Shown here in pieces: positions 52,734 through 64,000 of a stretch of 64,000 nt of DNA. Origin of the DNA: Vicugna vicugna (Eukaryota); assembly GCA_013265495.1 (NCBI GenBank), contig MU058844.1, positions 4,641,535 to 4,705,534 on the forward strand, written 5' to 3'. The notes below the pieces were generated by a model, which saw only the letters and a list, made by a program, of their open reading frames with translations, made no database searches and was not told the origin of the DNA. A program made the position numbers and the translations under genes. Every line of letters begins with the position of its first letter. Position 1 is the stretch's first letter.

Positions 52734-54603
52734 GTACTTCATCCTCTCTTGTAATCAAGAAAATTTGAATTAAAAAATAATAAATTATCATTTAATACTT
52801 ATTAGTTGGGCAAATCATTACAAATCTGATTATAGAACGTTTGAGGATGTAGAAAGATGAGAATGTTTGCACATTTTGATGGCTATAAGTAGAATCAAAA
52901 ATGGTATAGGCATTTTGGAGAGAAAATACCAATAACCAAATATACCACTGAGAACCTGACATACAGTTTGGAAGAAATTATGATAAGAAGGCACATTGTA
53001 GAGTTATTTGTAAGAAAATTTGGAAACAACCAGAATGTTCATCAATAGTAGAAAAAATACACAGCAGTTTATTTGTAAAATGGGAAACTCTACAGCCATT
53101 CAAACAAATCACTTATCAACAGAGTGAAAATAAGTTCCAAAAAAGGTTCAAAATGCTGTTATTTATATTATTAGATGTATTTCCATAAAAATACATATAT
53201 TGTCTATGAGTATACAGACATTAAGTAAACACAATATTTGTGTGAATGATAAATGCCAGAAATATGATAGTGACTACTTTTGAGAAAAGAGGGTATCAGA
53301 GAGTAATACGTAAGTCATTCACCTCTGTTTATGTTTTGTATCTTGAAAATAAGCCAAAGTGCACATGGTAAAATTTTAAAATTTTATAAAACCTGGTGTG
53401 TAGTAAATACATACTTCTATTATTCTCCACATTTGTATGCATATCTGGATTATGTCAGGATTTAAAAACAAAGCAAAACTCATCCTCTCTTTAAAACTCA
53501 ACCTCAAAAAATTTCTTTAAAAAATGTTATTGTCATAAAACATCAAACTTAAAAATGATAAAGGAGGGGATTTTTCACTCCCTTAAAAATAGATTAAAGT
53601 ACCTGCCAAAATCATAATTAAACTTCTATATACTAACAGCTTAAGCCAAAAACTTTGTAAGACTGGTGTAAGATATTGGAACTTGCTTTCAAAGAATGCA
53701 TAATTCGGTTGAAAAATGCCCCATATAGGCTGCTAAGGCCAGAATTATAACTCTGGCTTTACCAGACCAAGTTGTATGACATTAAGTACATCTCTGGACA
53801 GTTGTCTCTATTGCTGATATCCAATGACCTGAGGCTTCTTTCTAAGATGCAAGGGAGAACAGAGGAAAGATATGATGTACCCACTTGTCAAAAGAAATAA
53901 AAACAAAACAGAATTATTTTTGGAAAAATCTAGTTTGTTCCTCTAGATTTGTCCAGAAATTTAACACTTAGGGTTTCTAATCATATAACACTTAGGGTTT
54001 ACTTTTTGAGATATCTGGAAATAATCTCAGAGCCTTTTTATGTACTAGAATTCAGGCAAAGATGAGAAAATGGGAAAAATCCTTTTCTTTGGTAGTGAAT
54101 ATTTTGTTAGCGTGTTAAAAATTTAAACTGAAATGTCCTTCTTATATTGCAGGAAGAGAAACTATTCCACTTCAGGTTTAATTTAAGTATTTTTCCTTAT
54201 GATGGAGTTAAATCAATTTAGAAAATGACTACTATTTAAAATTCCACTTCATAAGCTTCTTTAATTAAAATAATAATATACCATCAATCTGCTCCATTAA
54301 TGAATTTTAACCACTAGAATTTAAGCTGTATGGTATACAGTTTACATTTTTCAGAACATATATATACAGACTCCTCAGATTTGAAGTGGCAGCTTAAAAT
54401 TCCGAGGTTTAGAAGTGATAGCTCAGATACAATCTAAGGGAAAAGAGCAAAAGAGTAAACAAGACAGAGAGAGCGGAGAGGAACTGACAAAAAGAGAGAC
54501 AGCTCAGCAGAAAGATGAGGGTGGGATGGTGGATGTGAATGTCAGGAATTTGTGTTAATGATGACCCTGAGGAAATGAATACTCTTGATTATGGTCCTGG
54601 TGA

Positions 54604-54606
<3 letters not shown>

Positions 54607-54645
<39 letters not shown>

Positions 54646-54650
54646 TGTGT
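54607..54650. repeat. (GT)16 AT (GT)5 microsatellite
   Basis: Seen directly. Confidence 0.95.
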
Positions 54651-55364
54651 TGGTGGGTGGGGGGTGTTATATCTTTCTCAGCACAGAGCCCATAAAAATC
54701 CATTCTGTGTCTGGGAGGTGAATGTATTTCTTGTCTACACTTCAGTCTAATTTCCTGTGATTTCAGATCATTTTTTATTTTTAATTATGATGTTGTTTAC
54801 ATCAATATGGCATATTCAAATGATGAATGAGAGGCAGAACAAGGTGGAAAAGACTAGAATAGTTTAAAAGAATTAAGCTATACAAATTTAGAACAAAAGG
54901 TATACTTTTACAGTTGCAAAAATCAGAAAGCCAATTAAATGGCTTATGGGTGGGGTGAAAAGGCATTGTGTATTGTCAGGATGCAACTGGCCATTCCATG
55001 TTCTTACAATATCAAGAAGCAAAATAAGCCTTACCTCAAGTGAGCTAGAACCAACCAGAACACAGAAAAATCTAGAACAAAGGAAACTTTCTCCATAGCT
55101 CAGGAGTTTCATGGCTTCTATCATCTTTGCTTATTTCCATTTGTATATTCTGTTTCACTCTCATTCCTGACTACTTTTTTTTTTTCTGCTGGCTCATTCT
55201 ATCATGAACCAGTGTGCCTGATACGACATAGTTCAGACTGAAGTTAATAAATCTCCCCTATGTCTCTTTATAAATCACAGAAGAGATACTCTGAACAGCT
55301 GAATTCATCTTTTTTGAACTAGGTACCATTATATTCATTATCACCCTCACCATAATCACTACTA

Positions 55365-55592
55365 TCATTTATTGAGTGCTTACTACATGCTATATACTAT
55401 TCTAAGTGTTATATATGTATTAACTCATTTAATATTTGTAATTCCTTGAGGTAGGCATCATACTATCATTTCTATTTTGTAGACATAAAAGCTAGAACAT
55501 AGTTAAGTAACTTAATGAAGATCAGCTACTCTGTGCAGAGCCAAATTTGAATCCCAGAGGCAGACTTCAGAGCCCATGGACTTCTCCTCTAT
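55365..55592 (-). mobile_element. MIR SINE, near full length
   Basis: 'catttattgagtgcttactacatgc...attaactcatttaat...tgaggtagg...ctattttgtagac...agttaagtaactt...gcagagccaaatttgaatcccagaggcagacttcagagccc'. Confidence 0.85.
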
Positions 55593-56421
55593 ATCATACC
55601 ATACTCTTATATAGGTCAGCTGTATATCCCTAGTTCATTCAGGAAAGGTAGGGTTGGGTAACATAGTTCTCTGATCACTCAGTGTGGGTAGTGGCCAAGA
55701 ATTTCTAAAAATGTGGCTGCAGATGAGACAGGTGATGACCAGACTAGCATCTCTTAATATATTAAAAGAGGTCATGTTTCTATAGTAAGACTGGCTGAAT
55801 TTCTAGAGACTTCAGTGTAGCATTATCTTGTTGGAGTCAGCCAAGGTTTAGACCTTCTGAGTATCTCAGAGTTAACTGGACTGAAGTATAGAAACTGGAA
55901 CACCAATTTACAGATGTGCAATGGGTTATGAGAAGTCAAATTACAATCAGAAGGGTTTGTGAAGAACAAGGAGAATTAGCTGTGTGGATAAACTAAATAT
56001 TGGGTTCAATCTGTTTAGGTTTATGAATCAGTCTTTTCATGGAAGAATACCTACCACATAGTTGTTCAACAGAACATGTAGTTGTGGATGCACTCCCCAG
56101 GAATAGCTTCTAAATCAACACTGCCACTGTTTCTCTTTAACACTTCCTTTTCAAGTTCTAATTCAGTCTGTTTCTTTTCCAGATTGCTCACTCTCTGTCC
56201 TTAGATGTGTTTAATGACATAAATTATCTCACAATCATTTTTTGCTCAAGCCTAAGATTTATTTTGTCTCTTTAAGGTGACTTTGCTTATTTCTATATTA
56301 TACATTATATGCTAATTGTATAGTTTAATTTTCAGGGGACAACTCACTTTACCTATGTATATGTTATTGAGGTTCCTTCACTGGTTATTCTCAAAGTAAT
56401 GCTTTAAAAGTTTCTGTAGAA

Positions 56422-56662
56422 ATGTAGTGACTAAGAATACAAATTTTAGATCCAGATGTATCTGTATTTGAATTTGTTATTACCAATCATAACTGCCTAA
56501 TCTTGTGCAAATTCACAAAATGCCTCTGTGTCCCAGTTTTCATAGCTATAAAATAGGAAGGATAATAGGACATATCTTAGGGTGTCATAAAAGAAATAAA
56601 TTTCTGCAGTTCTTGGAAGATAGTAGCAATAAGCATGCAATAAGTGGGAGATATTATTATTA
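56422..56662 (+). mobile_element. MIR SINE
   Basis: 'tgtagtgactaagaatacaaattttagatccaga...cctctgtgtcccagttttcatagctataaaataggaaggataatagga'. Confidence 0.75.
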
Positions 56663-56699
56663 TTAACATTCTCTTTAATAGAATCATTTTATTAAATGA

Positions 56700-57105
56700 A
56701 CTGCTTACACATATAATCTATTTAATGACATACTCCAAGGTAAGACATCTAAGGCAGTCAGAAGATCTGAAAGTCTTCTTATATAATGGAATTTGACATG
56801 TATGCTTAACTAGGACTGCAATGCCTAAGACGACTTCTTATCCTTCAGCTTTCTTGCCTTGTGACCTCTCATCATTCATTAGGTCAATTTCTTCACACCA
56901 TGGCCATTTGCTTCCAAGAGAACAAGGCCCAATGTGCAAGGGTTTAATGAACCAAGCCTTTGCTTACATCATCCTTGCCACTAACCCTTCAGCCAAAGCA
57001 CAGCCCTTGACCAAGCCCAGATTTCATGTGGGCAGAGTCTGTACAAGAACATGAATGCTGGAAAGCATGGTTCATTAGGAGGCACCACTGTAACAGTCTA
57101 CCACA
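56700..57105 (-). mobile_element. MaLR LTR, MLT1H/I-like
   Basis: 'caagcctttgcttacatcatccttgc...ccaagcccaga...catggttcattaggaggcaccactgtaacagtctaccaca'. Confidence 0.65.
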
Positions 57106-59869
57106 GGCAGTGCTTGTTTAAATTAGTTTACTCTCAGTGACTGCATTGAACTGAGTATACAAATGTCATTGAGCTTTTCTGGAGAGGCTTAGTTCTGGTC
57201 AGCTTTAATAACATTTTAGTGGTTAGAACAATGTCCACCAGTAGGCTTTGTCCACCAATGTCTGTTCAGAGAACCTTAAGTAAATGATATTCTAACAATG
57301 GAATTCTCCACTGTGACTGGATAATCAGTTGTTGAAATATTATACAGATGTTTAGTAGCTTGTTTTGACATTGAAGTAAACGAGGACTTTGATCTTAAAC
57401 TTTTAAAGTTCATAACTGAATGTTTATCGAAAACTTCTAATATTACAAGCACTCTGTTCTATAGATGATGCAAAAGTATATGTTTGAAGCCAGAGAAACT
57501 TCTATTAAAATAACCACTGTACCATTTCTAGCCATATTAAGAGGCCAACTCACTTGACCTCTCTTTGCCTTAACTTTTTCATCTGGAAAGTAGAAATAAC
57601 AACACACAGCTTTCCATGCTGCCATGTTAAATAGCATAATGTCTATAAAGTAACTATAAGCAAGTAAGCAAGTAGATACATAATAATTGTGAGAAGAAGG
57701 CTCAAGGAGTATCTGGTCTAATCAAGGCAATAAAAAGAGCTTCAAATAATTATTTAGCATTTAGATTTTAAAATATACTCTAATTTGATTTCAATGTTAT
57801 GGGGTCAAAATGGAGCATAGACATTCATTGGAAAAATATCTGAAATAATAATATTGAAGTCATCTCATTTTTCTTGAATATAATGACTTTGGTGTTGGTA
57901 GCATAATCCAAATATCCCTGTAAGACTTTTTTCCCCTTACATTTCTTAATTTTTTGAGACGTAGAATGCAGATTGTTCCTATTTCAAAATATTGATGGAG
58001 AGGTCCAATCTTTGTTTTCTATTATCTGTTTAATCTATTTATTATTAGATAGATAAAGATCCATACATGTTCCCAATGAGAAAATAATACAGATGGGTAA
58101 CACAACCAAAAAACATCCCCAGGCCTATAGTAACTTGTTTTTCCTCAGTTATTTTTACCTTCTGAATAGTGTTTGAAATGTGGACTTTAAACAGTAATTT
58201 TGTATTATCTCTTCAGCATCCCAAGTACATTTCTGAGATGCTGAGAGAGAAAGGACACTAGATTGTCAACTGGGCTCATGTAGTAGTCACCTGGGCAATG
58301 CATGAAAAGACTGATGAGAGGCTGTTGCTTCAGAAAATCAGTACTATAGAGGAAAATATTGCAGAATCTCTAAGTATTGCTGAATTCAAACAGCTTAACA
58401 GCTTTTCATGTTTGATTTCTATTCCCCTCCCTAATGTACCCAGGGATCATTGCAAAGGTGAATTGAAATGTGTTTCGGAATAAAACTCTCTTTTGCATAA
58501 TTTTTATTTCTTCGGAAAACTTTGATTTGTTTAACCTTTGTTTTCAGGAAAGTGCATCTTGGTTTCACATTTCCTAGGTGATGGATTTTTCTCTTACATG
58601 AATCTGTACTGTTGGGTTGCATTAGTCACACTGCATTATGTTGCACTAAATCAAGTAACACAATGTGACTATTAATGTTGTGATGTGTAAGAACATGTCT
58701 CACTCGGGACTGGGGAAAATGTGATTTTCTGAAAACAGCTGTCTCTGCATTTATTCAATAAAACTTTTCACCTTGGAAACTGCATTGTTTGCCATCTAAG
58801 CATTTTTGTTGGCAATTTTGAGGTATATTTTAAAGCCTATTTTTTCCTCTAGTGTTACTAAATATTCATGATTCCACTAAAACTTTCAATAACAAAATAA
58901 ATTATAATGACGATTATAGTGAATGCCTACCACTTCAGTGTTTAGATAAATCAGAACGAGCACAGTCAGAACGTTCAAATTCAGACCTTACCAACGGATG
59001 GATCATGATGAATCAGTAGACTTTAGTAATGATCTTCTGTCTGTTGCTACCATGTCACTCCCTTCTGTAAGATGAGTTATAAGAATCAGAGAAGCAGGCT
59101 TCACAAGCACGTTATTTCTCTGTCACCAAAGCCTCTCTTAGCTAACGCCCTCTGCCTCTCTATTCAGTACCTTTACAACCATTGCTCTTGAGACTTGAGG
59201 AAAGTAAAGAACAGTTCTCTGCTTGAGCATATGTGTACAAAAATTGATCCTTAATTTCTGTTAAGAATGAATCTATTTATTCTAGGGCAAGAAATTGTTC
59301 CTTGGTTTCTGTTAAGGAAGGAGTCGATATTACTGTTTTCATTTTCTGGCCTACTGAGGTACAAAATATAATGGTGTTCTCTCAGCACTTTGTATATGTT
59401 TAATCATTCCCACCCACTTTCACGAATTTTCTTTCTTTCTTGTAAGATCAAACAATATTTACTCCTATGGTTGCTTGAATAATTTTTTCTTCATCATAAT
59501 TAGGCTAAGCCTGAAATTACAAACAAAAACTTTCAGTTTCTTAAATGAAATATTAAAAAATTAGAATAAAAAAAGAAACAAAATGCTTCATACTACTTCT
59601 TTATTTTTCCATTTTACTTTTTCCTTTTCTACTATTTCTCATTCTTTATCTTGCTTATATCTAACAACATTGCTTTATTTTTTATCAAAATAAAATATGC
59701 ACATAGTACAAAATAAATATTTCAAAGGGCTTACATGTCAGATGATGATAAGTGCTAGGGGAAAAAATAAAGAATAGTGAAGTTGGTAGAGAGTACCAGG
59801 AAGTGAGATGAAGTTGATAAATCTAAATGTTAAAAATCAATAAATATAAATCTTACTTTGTATAGTAGA

Positions 59870-61690
59870 GTGAACAGAAAGTTATTCTTTCCTCTCTGTA
59901 TTCTGAATGCATTGAAAGGAATATATACCCACACTCATACATACAAGTGTATGTCAGTCAAAACACACAGATGTGCTCAAAAACAACAGAAACATCTCCA
60001 TAGGATAAAGGAGGAGAGGAATTCCATAGTTTCAAATACATAGTAGTCATATGGCCCATAGGAAATAAAGACTTGACTCAAGAATTGAAAGAACCTCACA
60101 GCTTGGTCAGAAATAAGGATAAAGCTGGAGGTTTGCTTTATATTCTGGGATTTGGGGAGGAAATAGAGACTGTCGTTCAGAACTGGGAACTTGGCCTATG
60201 CTTGCCCAGAATTACCACCCAATATATCATTACCAGTTCCCCCTGGGGAGATGGACCCATGCAAATGTGAACTGCAAGGTAGGAAAGACTTTCATGGTAA
60301 AGCCCCACCTATAATAGGCATTTTGACAGAAATGAGAAGCAGACCAAAAAACAAACTGTTGTGTGAAGGTCTACAGAGGAACTAAACAGGGTAATTAAAG
60401 CTTGCAGAAATAGAAGGTGACACTGGATGAAAAAGGCATTAAAATAAATATATGTATAGCTTTTAAAAAGATAAAATGTCCTACAACAATAACAGAAGTT
60501 ACAAAACAAAGACAGGCAGATGTGTGAAAGAATGAATTATGTGAATCTGGAAAAAAAAACTCTGGAAGATGAGGTCAGTAGATGAGATGAGTGGTGGACT
60601 CTCCTCAGTTGAAGATGTGTATTTAAAGACACTGCAAAGAACACTGGATAAAAACAACACAAATGTAAAATGTGAAAGAGAAGTTAAGAAACAGAAGACA
60701 GAATGATAAATTCTAGTATATATTTAATAATTAATATATAATTATATAAAAAGGTAATTTTTAGAATAAAGAAGAAATAGAAAAATAATTTATTATTTCT
60801 AGAAACAAAGAAACAATAATTCTTCAAATTAAAAATGTTCAGTGAAAGGTGAGCAGGATAAATTTAAAAGATGTATAGTGAGAGAAAAAATAATTACCTG
60901 TATAACATCAATAATAGTGAGCAAATCTTAAAAAAAAAAGGAGAATATTAAGATTACTTATAAAGAAAGGAAGATTCCATTACAAAAGTCTTCTCATCCA
61001 CAAAAATACATGCCTGAAATCAAATATCTGAAGGAGAATGACTGTCAACCTAGAATACAATCCTCAAAATCAAACCATCACTCAGAAGTAACAGTAAAAT
61101 AAGATATGCAGAAACTAAGAGTTTATTTCTCATAGATCATCACTGAAAAACTGCTAGAAGATTTACTACAGTATAAAGGAAGTGAGTCAACAACAAAAGA
61201 ACATAGGAGTAAAGTGCATTGAGCAACAGTGTACAAATAAAGTAATAAAATAAATGTCAAGCCTAAATATTTACTGTTAAAAGTAAAGGCAGTAATACAT
61301 GAACAAATTGAGATCAGAATAGAAAATGAGTTAACAATAAAATGGAATAGGCGTGCCAGAGAGTTCAGGGAAAAGTTAAATTGTGTTAACTTTTAACTTT
61401 GTCTTGTTTGGGTAGGGGGCAGAAATAATGATTATTTTTAGGTTTTGTTTACAAACCATGTGAAAAGAAGTATGTTATAAAGTAAGAGCTAACATGAGAG
61501 AATAGAAATTACATATGTATATTTATTAAACTGTTAGAAAATAAACATGAAACTTCAAGAAAGAAGAAACAAGTAAGAAAAAGTGTTAATAGTTAGAAAG
61601 CACAAATTATTGGAAGTAATTTGAAATATATTTATAATCACAGTAAATGTAAAACTCACATCTTACAAATGCCATCTTAAGAGAGACCCA
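59870..61690 (+). mobile_element. HAL1 or ancient L1 ORF1-region remnant
   Basis: A-rich decayed ORF1-like blocks 'ctgaaggagaatgactgtcaacctagaatacaatcctc...atgcagaaactaagagtttatttctcatagatc...aaaactgctagaagatttact'. Confidence 0.6.
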
Positions 61691-61699
61691 GAACAGCTC

Positions 61700-61875
61700 A
61701 TATGATTGGATACTATTCAGTGGTTGAAAGAAATGAATTACACTTATATTTTGACTGTGGATAAATCTCAAGAACATATTGTTGAGGGAGAAAAAGCAAG
61801 TGTAGTTATTTTACCATGCGGTGCCATTATACAAACAATACACATACAGAAAAGAATACTTTATGCAGTCTGTTC
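61700..61875 (+). mobile_element. L1ME 3'UTR fragment
   Basis: 'ggatactattcagtggttgaaagaaatgaattac...tggataaatctcaagaacatattgttgagggagaaaaagcaagt'. Confidence 0.65.
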
Positions 61876-62904
61876 AGCTACAGCTCATGTTTCTTGTCAT
61901 GCCAATTAACACATACCTGACTGGTGACAAAGAAAATAATGCAGATGTTGCAGCAATTCATGAATGATTTTTCTTCAGTAAATCAGTCCTGTGTGCTATG
62001 GTCTGTTAGTGGCTGATTCAAAGTGTTCTAATACAAATACCCACCAGTTAGAGAGGGGTATAGTGCAGTATTTTACCTGATACTCTTTCACGCCCTGTTC
62101 TGCTCTAGACCTGATTCTCTCGGCCACCTCTTCCTCATTTTTTGCCCAATTCCTATTTCTTTTTAATGCACCATCTTTAGGTAGAGTTCTAAGGAAAGGT
62201 GTAACACATGTTCTGAATTCTCAAAAATCGAAATATGTCTATATTCTGTCTTGGATAACTGTTTGCTGCTACTGCACAGAAGAATGTAGCAGAAAGAAGT
62301 GAAAACTTTCCTGGAAAGCCTATATTCTTGGATTTTGCATCCATTTATTCTCTATGGCAACCTTCCATTCCATTTACTACAATGAAGCATATACGATCTA
62401 GCAGTTTAAAACATGCCTTTTGTTGTATTGATGGGACAGTTAAGGATATAAACTATGTGTTCAGTTGATTACAGGTGTCATCTCATGAAGTGAAATTGAC
62501 TAAGTATAATTTTGCCATTAATTGGTGTCCATCCTGGGCATTGTGTTCTGCACACATTTAACTTGTGGGTAGTTCCTTTAAGATAGATCAGTACTTCCCA
62601 GAAGACCTACTATAGGTCCTTGCCTTCACCTAGACCACTTTGCTGCCGTCTTATAAACTCCAGTGCTATCATAGAAAGTAAGGGCTCTTCTTTTTGGACC
62701 CAAACTCACTCTGGCTTTAGGGCAAATATTTTTCCTTGTAGTTAAGTCAATCTTAGCCACTATCATCTGTATCTGTCTCATGATAATTTACAATTCTGCT
62801 CCTGACATAAGCACTCATGTACTGTAAGCTCCTATCAAATTTACTCCACTTACTACTCAATAAGTTGTTTAGACAATTACTTATTCTTAGACTAATATTA
62901 GGAT

Positions 62905-63320
62905 AGCTATTGAATTAATGAGGCTCAATATGTTGCAGAAATAAGCATGCAAGAAATGGTAGTGGTTTAGGATAACAAAGGTTTATTTCTCACTTATGCT
63001 GTGTATACATTCTAGGTCAGGTGCAGCTCTATTCCAAGGTGGTGTTCCACACGTTGCCTTCAATCCTGGACCCAAACTAAAGGAATAACCTTGATCTGAG
63101 ACATTGTTGACCTCACCTTTGAGGAAAGATAGAACGTAACAGAACTTTGCAACTGCTCTTAAAATTTCTTCTTGGAGATGCACAATATGACTTCTGTTCT
63201 CATTTCATTGGCCAACACAAGTCACAGGAGAAAGCTTGATGTCAACAGCTGGTAACAGATAATTCACCCAGAGAGGGCAAGCAGCAAATACTTTGAACAA
63301 CTCTATTCTATATTCTATAT
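62905..63320 (-). mobile_element. MaLR LTR, MLT1J-like
   Basis: 'acaaaggtttatttctcacttatgct...cctggacccaaact...gctcttaaaatttct...cttctgttctcatttcattggccaacacaagtcaca'. Confidence 0.7.
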
Positions 63321-63369
63321 TAATTCTATAGCTGTGTTTCTGTTCAATTTCTCTTGTACCTACAATATT

Positions 63370-64000
63370 TCAGTAATGAGTCATCTGTTCCCTTCCTGTC
63401 TTCTCACCTGTTTTCTCATTCTAATAAACTAAAAAGTCCTCCTAATTGACTTTCTGAAATATTTTCTTCTATGTGTCCTATTCTTTATCTTTCCCACTAA
63501 AACCTGGTCAGGCTGTTGTTGTCTCTCTCTTGGACAATTACTCACATCTCCCAAATGGTACCTTCGCCATCAGTTATGTGCTCCCTCACATCTGTGCATC
63601 ACACACCCACAAGTTGATCATACCAATCGCCTGCTGAATGTCTGGGCCCTTGTGGGCTGATGGAGCCCTTCCTGATGTGAGGTCTGTCTCCTCTCTAGCC
63701 TCACTGTTCCTCATCCCATGACTCACTGCAATACTCTGAAGTGGCCTTTGTACTGCCCCCCCCAACTCATTCATTTGTGTAACTTCTACTTATTTTGTGA
63801 CATATCTCAATAGTCCTTGGAAAACCATTCCTAAACCTCCCAGGATCTTGGAGATCCTGTAACAGCATGCTGCTCTTACTATACTTATCTTTGTCATACT
63901 TGTTTTTGTACACCTGTCTCCTTCTCTGGACTACACACTCTTTACAGTCAGGGGCTGATTTTTACTCAAATTTGTGTCCCTTGAATGGCAGCAATTGTGT
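63370..64000 (+). mobile_element. L2 LINE 3' fragment
   Basis: 'tctctcttggacaattactcacatctcccaaatgg', 'cacctgtctccttctctggactacacactctttacagtcaggggctg...ctcaaatttgtgtccc'. Confidence 0.65.

Larger units (their letters stand above)
51090..53470 (+). mobile_element. Old L1M (ME-type) ORF2 and 3'UTR fragments, interrupted by the U6 copy and MLT1D
   Basis: Decayed ORF2 motifs 'atctcaataaatgcataaaaaatcatttgatgaagttcaacattc', 'tccttatttgtagacatggttatctatgtagaaactcc' and 'ttggaaacaaccagaatgttcatcaatagtag'. Confidence 0.75.

Noticed and set aside
53962..54000. Short direct repeats (taacacttagggttt x2; similar duplications near 1924, 12470 and 43634)
   Set aside because: Isolated two-copy slippage duplications, not arrays. 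Nothing CRISPR-like, and the DNA is eukaryotic.
1..64000. A novel multi-gene system, NUMT, non-retroviral viral insert or CpG-island promoter
   Set aside because: I saw no long ORFs, mitochondrial or viral-like coding sequence, or CpG-rich segment. The content is explained by known mammalian repeats plus unique non-coding DNA.

Overview
AT-rich, CpG-depleted mammalian nuclear DNA with no CpG island and no recognisable protein-coding gene, so it is most likely intergenic or deep intronic. A tRNA-derived SINE at ~28.72-28.87 kb matches my recollection of the camelid Vic-1 family, and I saw no Alu, B1/B2, Bov-tA, PRE-1 or Can-SINE, so the source is probably a camel, llama or alpaca. Much of the window is layered interspersed repeat: MIR and L2, old and younger L1/HAL1, MaLR LTRs (MLT1A0/B/C/D/I/J/K), ERVL LTRs (LTR16, LTR40, MER54/74-like), ERV1 LTRs, Gypsy-like relics, hAT MITEs (MER5A, MER20) and microsatellites. 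The only ORF in the track with a recognisable product is an L1 ORF2 C-terminal fragment (45518-45793, minus strand). The most interesting items are a ~30-nt tailless U6 snRNA retrocopy with target-site duplications, a two-LTR MLT1K-like provirus with a nested MLT1A0, an intact solo ERV1 LTR with a perfect 4-bp TSD, an internal L1 fragment lacking TPRT hallmarks, and a possible L1 3' transduction. There are also weak candidate exons and transcription-factor motif clusters in unique sequence. I found no support for a new biological system. Repeat subfamily names come from recalled consensus sequences, boundaries are approximate, and both need RepeatMasker/Dfam confirmation.
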